Of a stretch of 64,000 bases of DNA, positions 28,861-37,089 are shown piece by piece; positions within the stretch are counted from its first letter, which is position 1, and each line of letters starts with the position of its first letter. The DNA lies in the NCBI GenBank assembly GCA_015062435.1, contig SUUR01000002.1, positions 187 through 64,186 on the forward strand. The letters are read 5' to 3'. The DNA is from Alphaproteobacteria bacterium (GTDB taxonomy: Bacteria; Pseudomonadota; Alphaproteobacteria; RF32; CAG-239). Both the position numbers and the translations under genes were made by a program. The notes under the pieces were generated by a model, which had not been told where the DNA came from, searched no databases, and saw nothing but the letters and a program-made list of their open reading frames with translations.

Positions 28861-29982
28861 ATGAATAAATGGCATAAAAAAAATCTTGCCAAACCGATAC
28901 TTAAACCTGAAAAAAGTGAAGTATCCGTACCTAACTATGCAGCCATAGACTTAGGAACCAATTCTTGCCGTTTGGTAATAGCCACTCCCACTCCTTCCTC
29001 TTTTAGGATTGTAGAAACTTTTTCAAAAATCACCAGATTGGGTGAAGGCATCATCAACAATAATGAACTTTCTCGTCCGGCCATCAAAAGAACTATCGGA
29101 GCCCTAAAAATTTGTGCCGGAGTTTTAGCGGAATACGCTCCCATTCACAGTTCACGTTTTGTGGCAACCGCAGCATGCCGACGAGCTATAAATTGCAAAA
29201 ATTTTCTTGAACAAGTAAAAAAAGAAACCAACTTAAATATAGAAATAATATCTTCTCAAGAAGAAGCACGTCTTGCCGTTGTTGGTTGTGTTCCGCTTTT
29301 GGCCAGAAACATCAAAAGAGCATTGATTTTTGATATCGGTGGAGGCTCCACAGAAATTTCTTTAGCCCGCACTACCAATAGCGGCAACACCTTCATTGAA
29401 GGCTACATATCTTTGCCATATGGAGTTGTCACCATTTCAGAAGCTTTTCCGTCACATGATATGACAGAACTCGCTTACAACACTATTATTGAACGCACTC
29501 ACAAAATACTTAAAGATTTTGAAGATAAACACCATATCAGAGAAGCTATTGCCAATCAAGAAATACAAATAATCGGCACATCAGGCACCGTAACTGTTTT
29601 AGGAGCTGTACATTTAAATCTGCCTCGTTACAATCGTTCTGCCGTAGATGGCATTGCCATGAGCAAACAAGATATAGATCATACAATTGCGAAAATAAAA
29701 CGCATTGGTGATGAAGGACGCAAAAAACATCCTTGCATCGGCTCATCTAAAGCAGATTTGACCATAGCCGGATGCGCCATAATTGAGTCACTTAGCTCAT
29801 TTTGGCCAATATCCGAAATAACCGTTGCTGATAGAGGGATTCGTGAAGGAATTTTGCTGGATCTTATGCATTCGAGCAAACATCATACTCAGAAAAAGAA
29901 AAACAAAAATCGCTATCCGTTCAATCGTCACCACCGGCGTTTTTCCAACAATTCCAAAAACAAGGGAGTAGATCATGACTGA
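28861..29982 (+). CDS. Ppx/GppA-family phosphatase, paralog 1 (basic C-terminal tail)
   Basis: AAIDLGTNSCRLVIA, FDIGGGSTEIS actin-like ATPase-fold motifs. C-terminus HHTQKKKNKNRYPFNRHHRRF. Confidence 0.85.
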   Translation: MNKWHKKNLAKPILKPEKSEVSVPNYAAIDLGTNSCRLVIATPTPSSFRIVETFSKITRLGEGIINNNELSRPAIKRTIGALKICAGVLAEYAPIHSSRFVATAACRRAINCKNFLEQVKKETNLNIEIISSQEEARLAVVGCVPLLARNIKRALIFDIGGGSTEISLARTTNSGNTFIEGYISLPYGVVTISEAFPSHDMTELAYNTIIERTHKILKDFEDKHHIREAIANQEIQIIGTSGTVTVLGAVHLNLPRYNRSAVDGIAMSKQDIDHTIAKIKRIGDEGRKKHPCIGSSKADLTIAGCAIIESLSSFWPISEITVADRGIREGILLDLMHSSKHHTQKKKNKNRYPFNRHHRRFSNNSKNKGVDHD

Positions 29983-30931
29983 TAAATGCTATGCAGCCAT
30001 AGACTTAGGAACCAATTCATGCCGTTTATTAATATGCAATCGTAATGGGCAAGAATTATGTAAAGAAACAGTCTCCACCAGATTAGGAGAAGGTCTGCAC
30101 CAAAGCGGAAGATTTACATCTCAAGCAATTGAGCGTGGTACTAAATGTTTTTTTGAATACAAACAACTGATTGATAAATACAACGTAGATAAGATTCGTG
30201 CTGTTGCTACTGCTTCTTGTCGAATGGCCGCAAATAGTGATGAATTTATCAAAAAAGTATGGGAAGAATCTCGTATAAAAATAGAAATAATCGATGGTTA
30301 TGAAGAAGCTCGCTTAAATCTCAAAGGAGCATTAAGTCATGTTTGCAACAAAACCAAATATGTTGTTCTTTATGACTTAGGAGGAGGCTCTACGGAAATT
30401 ACTTTGGCTACTAACACCGAGAACCCTCATATCTTACACACAATATCCATTCCTTGGGGTGCCAGAAATTCTTCAGAAGCATTTAATTTAGTTGAATTTT
30501 CAGAAGAAAATGCCAATCGTTTACGCCAAGACATCAGAGCCAGAACCGAAAACTTTGTCAAAAAATCTTACCTCGATACTTATCGTAACGACGTATGCTT
30601 TGTAGCAACTTCCAGTACAGCTCTAAGATTAGCATCTATGATTGAAGATTTTGGAATTTATGACCGAGACCGTGCAGACGGAATAATCATGGATAGAGAA
30701 AGTATGGATAAAGCCATAGAAAAAACTTTAAGCTCCAGTAGAGCTGAGATGGCAGATAACCCATATATCGGAGATAAACGCTCCTATATTTTCATTGCCG
30801 CTTGTATAATTTTTCAAACTATTTACCAACATCTGGAAGCAGACAAAGTTACCGCATCACTAAAAAGTGCCAAAGACGGTATTATTGCGGAATTAATTGA
30901 GAAAGATACAATAAATGAAAAAACAAACTAA
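29975..30931 (+). CDS. Ppx/GppA-family phosphatase, paralog 2
   Basis: AAIDLGTNSCRLLIC, YDLGGGSTEIT. 8-nt overlap with paralog 1. Confidence 0.85.
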   Translation: MTDKCYAAIDLGTNSCRLLICNRNGQELCKETVSTRLGEGLHQSGRFTSQAIERGTKCFFEYKQLIDKYNVDKIRAVATASCRMAANSDEFIKKVWEESRIKIEIIDGYEEARLNLKGALSHVCNKTKYVVLYDLGGGSTEITLATNTENPHILHTISIPWGARNSSEAFNLVEFSEENANRLRQDIRARTENFVKKSYLDTYRNDVCFVATSSTALRLASMIEDFGIYDRDRADGIIMDRESMDKAIEKTLSSSRAEMADNPYIGDKRSYIFIAACIIFQTIYQHLEADKVTASLKSAKDGIIAELIEKDTINEKTN

Positions 30932-31610
30932 ATCAGCTCAAACCATTGCCGGACGGCACCAATTGGCTGTTAGAGTAAAAACCTCAAAATATCGTTCCAA
31001 ATCATCAAATAAATGGCTTGAAAGACAACTGAATGATCCCTATGTTGCAGAATCCAAACGCTTAGGTTACCGCTCAAGAGCTGCTTTCAAACTAATCCAA
31101 TTGGATGAAAAATACAAATTTTTAGGCAAAGGAAAAACTATTGTTGATTTGGGATGTGCCCCAGGTGGTTGGACGCAAATTGCAGTTCAACGCAATAAAG
31201 GAAGCGGACAAGTTGTCGGATTAGATATCTTGGAAACCGAACCGATAGAAGGTGCATCGCTAATCTGCATGGATTTCACCTTACCTGATGCTCCCGAACA
31301 ACTCAAATCATTGCTTAAAGGTGATGCTGATATCGTAATGAGTGACATGGCTGCCAATACCACCGGTCATCAACAAACCGACCATTTACGCACTATCGGA
31401 TTAGTTGAAGCTGCTTATGAATTTGCTAAAGAAGTATTGGCAGACGGAGGAATTTTCATTGCCAAAGTATTTCAAGGCGGTGCCGAAAACTCTCTCCTTA
31501 CCGATGCCAAAAAAAATTTTAATAAAGTCGGCCATTTCAAACCTGACGCCAGCCGTAGCAGTTCACCGGAAACATACCTTATTTGTCAGGGTTTTAAGAA
31601 AGGCCTATAA
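30915..31610 (+). CDS. rlmE: 23S rRNA (uridine2552-2'-O)-methyltransferase
   Basis: RSRAAFKLIQLDEKY, VVDLGCAPGGWTQ, SDMAANTTG. Confidence 0.9.
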   Translation: MKKQTKSAQTIAGRHQLAVRVKTSKYRSKSSNKWLERQLNDPYVAESKRLGYRSRAAFKLIQLDEKYKFLGKGKTIVDLGCAPGGWTQIAVQRNKGSGQVVGLDILETEPIEGASLICMDFTLPDAPEQLKSLLKGDADIVMSDMAANTTGHQQTDHLRTIGLVEAAYEFAKEVLADGGIFIAKVFQGGAENSLLTDAKKNFNKVGHFKPDASRSSSPETYLICQGFKKGL

Positions 31611-31612
31611 CC

Positions 31613-32827
31613 ATGAAAATCGGTGCCAGATATCAGGCTGTTTTAGAGTTAATTACCGAAATTTTTAACAATTCTAAACCTGCCGACAATATAATCAACG
31701 AATATTTGCGCAACCGCAAATATATTGGCTCTAAAGATAGGAAATTTATCACCGATAAAACTTGGAACATAATCCGTAACCGCTTAAAACTTGAATTTGA
31801 TTCCGGAGCTAAAGACGCTCGTAATATTTTATTATGGAGCATAAAAGATAAATTATCTGAGGTTTTTGACGATTCACCTTATGGATTGTCACCACTTACA
31901 GATAAAGAAAAACAACATCTTGCCTTAAACAACGAAAATCCGTACCCTGACTATATTGAAGCTGAATGCCCAAACTGGCTGTTTACACAAATTTCCGATA
32001 TTGAATTTTGTAAAGCTTTAAACAAGCCTGCTGAAGCTGACTTCAGAGTTCATGGCCATAATAGAGAAGATGTCATAAAAAGATTGAGTGAAGAAGGTAT
32101 TAACACTTACCCCACAGCCCTATCTCCCTATGGCATCAGAAGTGAATTACGTTTTAACATTAATAATTCTGCCACATATCAAGATGGTTGGTTTGAAGTT
32201 CAAGATGAAGCCTCTCAAATAGCTTCACTCCTTTGTGATACTCAACCTGAACACAAAATAATAGACTATTGTTGTGGAGCGGGCGGTAAAAGCTTAGCAA
32301 TATCAAATATCCTGAATAATCAAGGAAAAATTCTTGCACATGATATTAATTCCAAACGTCTGGAAGCAATCAAGCCTCGTATTTCTCGTTTAGGTGTCAA
32401 AAATATTGAGCTGACAGATATCATTGCCGGCAATGATACTGATTTTGACCGTTTTATAATCGATGCCCCTTGTTCGGGAACCGGTACTTGGCGCAGATCA
32501 CCTGATGCCAAATTTCGTATTACTCCGCAAATTCTCAAGCGTTTAAACCAAACCCAATCAGAATTACTGGATATTGCATCTTCCAAAACCAAAATCGGTG
32601 GAAGAATTATTTATATAACATGCTCGGTACTTCAAATAGAAAATGAAGATAGAATTAATGAATTTTTACAAAATCATTCTGAATTTTCGCTATTAGACAT
32701 TTCTCAGTTATGGAAACAAAAAATTTCTGCTCCTTACCCACATTCTAATCCTTACATGCTGAGAATGTCCCCTCTCACCACTAACACCGATGGTTTCTTC
32801 GTTGCTATTTTACAAAAAAACTCCTGA
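31613..32827 (+). CDS. RsmB/NOP-family rRNA cytosine-C5 methyltransferase
   Basis: DYCCGAGGKSLAI, DAPCSGTGTWRRSPD, YITCS catalytic Cys blocks. Confidence 0.8.
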   Translation: MKIGARYQAVLELITEIFNNSKPADNIINEYLRNRKYIGSKDRKFITDKTWNIIRNRLKLEFDSGAKDARNILLWSIKDKLSEVFDDSPYGLSPLTDKEKQHLALNNENPYPDYIEAECPNWLFTQISDIEFCKALNKPAEADFRVHGHNREDVIKRLSEEGINTYPTALSPYGIRSELRFNINNSATYQDGWFEVQDEASQIASLLCDTQPEHKIIDYCCGAGGKSLAISNILNNQGKILAHDINSKRLEAIKPRISRLGVKNIELTDIIAGNDTDFDRFIIDAPCSGTGTWRRSPDAKFRITPQILKRLNQTQSELLDIASSKTKIGGRIIYITCSVLQIENEDRINEFLQNHSEFSLLDISQLWKQKISAPYPHSNPYMLRMSPLTTNTDGFFVAILQKNS

Positions 32828-32848
32828 ACCTACCACCAGATTCAGGAG
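32813..32848. terminator. Bidirectional hairpin between the rsmB-like gene and fliE
   Basis: ctcctgaa (32821-32828) pairs with ttcaggag (32841-32848). A-tract before it gives a T-tract on the minus strand, downstream of fliE. Confidence 0.55.
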
Positions 32849-32866
32849 TTGAAATTTTAACATAAA

Positions 32867-33190
32867 TTAAATCGGCATTTGCATAATGGTATTATAAGCC
32901 TTAATAGCTGTATCTCTCACTGCCACAACAGTTTCTAAAGCTGTCTCTGCATTAGCCACTGCCAATACCACATCTTGAATATCGGCTTTACCTTGTATTC
33001 CTTTCAATGTCATGGTTTCTGCCTGTTTGTTAAGTTCAGCAGTATCTTCAATAATATTTTTTACTATATTTCCAAAATTGGCTTCTTTTTCAATCTTATC
33101 TGTATTAACAACACTCTTTTGTTCTTGAGCTGATATTCTTCCCAAAGCTTGCTGATAAGCATTAAGTGCGCTGGAAATATTGCTAACCAT
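32867..33190 (-). CDS. fliE: Flagellar hook-basal body complex protein FliE
   Basis: 107 aa with C-terminal ...VVAVRDTAIKAYNTIMQMPI. Follows flgB-flgC. Confidence 0.88.
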   Translation of the reverse strand: MVSNISSALNAYQQALGRISAQEQKSVVNTDKIEKEANFGNIVKNIIEDTAELNKQAETMTLKGIQGKADIQDVVLAVANAETALETVVAVRDTAIKAYNTIMQMPI

Positions 33191-33206
33191 AATTCAAGTC
33201 CCCTTT

Positions 33207-33626
33207 TTACTTTAAGATATCCAACACGCTAGAGTTCATTTCTCTAGCTGTTTTAAGCATATTCAGATTCGCATCATAAGCACGTTGAGCTTCTTTCATA
33301 TCCATCATCTCGATCAAAGGATTCACATTTGGTAAAGATATATACCCTTGTGCATCTGCACCGGGGTGATTTGGAGCATACTGTTTTTCAAATGGAGAGT
33401 TATCTTTTACTACCTTATCCACACGCACCATCTGAGCACCGGATTCGGCATCAACATAATTTTGGAAACTAACCACTTGCCTACGATAAGGTTCTCCTCC
33501 AGGTTCTGTTGATACTGAATCTGCATTAGCCATATTCTGAGCAATCACTTTCAAGCGCTCAGCTTGCACTCTCATTCCTGAAGCTGCTACATCTGCACTA
33601 ATATTCAAATCACCAGCCATAATCAA
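33207..33626 (-). CDS. flgC: Flagellar basal-body rod protein FlgC
   Basis: AASGMRVQAERLKVIAQNMANADS N-terminal rod motif and a conserved C-terminus; 139 aa. Confidence 0.92.
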   Translation of the reverse strand: MIMAGDLNISADVAASGMRVQAERLKVIAQNMANADSVSTEPGGEPYRRQVVSFQNYVDAESGAQMVRVDKVVKDNSPFEKQYAPNHPGADAQGYISLPNVNPLIEMMDMKEAQRAYDANLNMLKTAREMNSSVLDILK

Positions 33627-33633
33627 ACCTTAC

Positions 33634-34050
33634 TTAGGCATTAATTTTAGTTGAAGAAAGTTGCATTAGAGATCTATACTTATTAAAAATTGTAATCATT
33701 CTTTTGTATTCACTGCTAACTTTACTTGCTTCATTCATTTGTTGTTCCAGCACAACTCCATTACCATCAATAGTCAAAGCTTCTGATGGCTGAGGAGTAT
33801 ACACCAAATAACTTCCTTGATTTTTGTTAGGAACACCTTGTAAATGCTTAGAATTTGTAAGATTAAGTTTCAAACCGGCTACTGTAACCGAAGACATTTC
33901 ATCGTCAAAAGACGGTTTTTGAATATCTCTTGCCACATATCCCGGAGTACTTGCATTGGCAATATTTTCAGCAATAATTTGCTGTCTTGCAGTAAGATAC
34001 TGCATATTCTTATTTGCCATATTGAAAACTGTAAGGTTTTTCAAATCCAT
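33634..34050 (-). CDS. flgB: Flagellar basal-body rod protein FlgB
   Basis: YLTARQQIIAENIANASTPGY rod motif; 138 aa. Confidence 0.9.
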   Translation of the reverse strand: MDLKNLTVFNMANKNMQYLTARQQIIAENIANASTPGYVARDIQKPSFDDEMSSVTVAGLKLNLTNSKHLQGVPNKNQGSYLVYTPQPSEALTIDGNGVVLEQQMNEASKVSSEYKRMITIFNKYRSLMQLSSTKINA

Positions 34051-34072
34051 AAAATAAATTCCCCATTTTCAA

Positions 34073-34094
34073 GTTATGTGTCCCCACACATAAC
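34073..34094. promoter_or_regulatory. Perfect 9-bp inverted repeat in the flgB leader
   Basis: gttatgtgt-cccc-acacataac lies between the sigma54-type promoter and the flgB start. Confidence 0.5.
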
Positions 34095-34099
34095 AGATA

Positions 34100-34115
34100 T
34101 GCAAAAGCCATGCCA
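34100..34115 (-). promoter_or_regulatory. Sigma54 (-24/-12) promoter for flgB-flgC-fliE
   Basis: Minus strand reads TGGCATG-GCTT-TTGCA versus consensus TGGCACG-N4-TTGCW, with 10 nt between GG and GC. Confidence 0.65.
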
Positions 34116-34181
34116 AACAAAATACCTTGCTTTTTGGTCTCGCAAGAGATAAATTACTTTTATCAACTCACGGAGCTTTTG

Positions 34182-34493
34182 ATGTCTGAAACAGATAATA
34201 GCAAAAACCCACAAAAAAACAACGTCACACCGGACTTTTCCACAACGGATTATGCCGTCGCTTTACAATACAATAAAGATCAGCATGACGCCCCTATTGT
34301 CACAGCTAAGGGAGAAGGGGAAATTGCAGCCAAAATTATTTCTCTTGCTCAAGAAAATAATATTGAAATCAGACAAGATGCAGATCTTCTTCAAATTTTA
34401 AAAACCGTAAACATAAACGAAGAAATTCCTTTAGAAGCATTTGCCGCAGTCGCAGAGATTCTTTCTTTTATATATAGCCAAAACAAATCCTGA
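34182..34493 (+). CDS. FlhB C-terminal-domain-like protein (EscU/YscU/HrcU family fragment type)
   Basis: 103 aa; AVALQYNKDQHDAPIVTAKGEGEIAAKIISLAQENNIEIRQDADLLQIL matches the FlhB_C fold region. Divergent from flgB. Confidence 0.7.
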   Translation: MSETDNSKNPQKNNVTPDFSTTDYAVALQYNKDQHDAPIVTAKGEGEIAAKIISLAQENNIEIRQDADLLQILKTVNINEEIPLEAFAAVAEILSFIYSQNKS

Positions 34494-34572
34494 TTTTTTT
34501 AATCCTTACCAAAAGTTTAATTCTTGCAAAATTTTTTATTTTTAAATTACGGCGTTGTTAATAAATTTATAA

Positions 34573-35721
<1,149 letters not shown>

Positions 35722-35755
35722 GATAATATATAGATATATCGTCTTAAAACTTATT

Positions 35756-36754
35756 TTAATTCTCCATACAATTAGTATGACTATTAAAAATATAATCAAC
35801 TAAACAACTTTTGGTAAGATTACCATTTTGATCTGTTTGGGTACAAACATGATATCCATCTTCACATTCCAAAACATAATATCTAGTATAACCACCACAC
35901 GTTACTTCTTCACAAATAGCACGCGAAGGACAATATACTTCAGCTCCTTCTTCCCATACACATTCCACACACTCATTACCGATAAGCTCCGAATGAATAT
36001 CACAAACTAACTTATATCGTGTTGGTAATCCGCAACCTGGCACACAATCATATACAGTTCCATGATCTCCTTCAATAGGTTTTTCTTCAAATGGATAATT
36101 TGAACAGTTATCAGGAAAACACTCACAATATCCTGAGCAATATCCGTTACGATATACCCCATCGCAATAAGATTCATCTTCACATTCGTTTGGAAAATAA
36201 TCACGCTCACAAAATTCTGAACACATATTTGAATCAGCAGAACAAGTATATCCTTCACAATATTGCCACTCTCCGCCACATTCATAATATCCGGCACAGG
36301 GATTATTATTTACACAAGTATTTCCACTCTGCGTATATCCGGAATTACAGCTATCAAGTTTATATTTAGTGACATTACCGCAAGTATAATTAGAACACGT
36401 TCCGTTAGCATCACAACTGCTTAAAGGATAATTTGTAAAATTACAGGCGTTGCAAGTTAAACCGTCGGAACTGAGTTCATAACTGTTTTGACAACCATCT
36501 AATTTGTATTGAGTTAATTCTAAGCAAACGCCACCATCAGGACATGTTTCTAAAGGATATTCACTAAATCCGGATTCCGGACAATAGAACAGAGTAGTAT
36601 CAAACGGACAGGCTATGGCTTTTTTCCCCTCACAATCGTTTGCGGATTTGATATATCCCATATCTGCACAAGACGGACGAACCATACAACTGTCTTGAGC
36701 CAAAGATGATGAAGATAAAAGTAGTATTGATACGCTTATAACATATTTGTTCAT
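35756..36754 (-). CDS. Secreted Cys-rich repeat protein (third member of the CA(E/D)MGY family)
   Basis: ATG 36754 with SD aggag. Signal peptide MNKYVISVSILLLSSSSLA/Q, SCADMGYIKSANDCEGKKAIACPFD, then repeated C..C...CG...YKLD.C..GY units with a very high Cys count. Confidence 0.75.
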   Translation of the reverse strand: MNKYVISVSILLLSSSSLAQDSCMVRPSCADMGYIKSANDCEGKKAIACPFDTTLFYCPESGFSEYPLETCPDGGVCLELTQYKLDGCQNSYELSSDGLTCNACNFTNYPLSSCDANGTCSNYTCGNVTKYKLDSCNSGYTQSGNTCVNNNPCAGYYECGGEWQYCEGYTCSADSNMCSEFCERDYFPNECEDESYCDGVYRNGYCSGYCECFPDNCSNYPFEEKPIEGDHGTVYDCVPGCGLPTRYKLVCDIHSELIGNECVECVWEEGAEVYCPSRAICEEVTCGGYTRYYVLECEDGYHVCTQTDQNGNLTKSCLVDYIFNSHTNCMEN

Positions 36755-36778
36755 CTCATGGCTCCTTTGTTTTTCTCT

Positions 36779-36873
36779 GTCATATTCCGACTTGATCGGA
36801 ATATCTCTCTTAAATTTCGTGAGATTGTCCGAACAAGTCGGACAATGACAGTTAGTGATGTCAGACAATGACA
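36779..36873 (+). repeat. Double-hairpin element copy D plus one 23-bp unit
   Basis: gtcatattccga-cttga-tcggaatatc, linker, attgtccga-acaag-tcggacaat, then gacagttagtgatgtcagacaatgaca. Sits 25 nt upstream of the Cys-rich gene start. Confidence 0.85.
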
Positions 36874-37034
36874 TTTACAGAGATGCTGTTTAAGATGTTT
36901 AACAAGTATAGAATTTGGATAAAATATAAGGATATATGCTTGTAAGGTCACAAAGCTTAAACAGCATCTGTAACTTCAAGTATATAAAATGTTTTATAGT
37001 ATGTCAATATATAGTTAAAAGTAGTGGACGAATT

Positions 37035-37065
37035 AAAAAAGGGGATTTGTTTTTCACAAATCCCC
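37035..37065 (-). terminator. Rho-independent terminator after the 726-aa lipoprotein gene
   Basis: ggggatttg (37041-37049) pairs with caaatcccc (37057-37065). T-tract on the minus strand at 37035-37040. Confidence 0.8.
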
Positions 37066-37089
37066 TAACCACTGGATAAAAACTATAAA

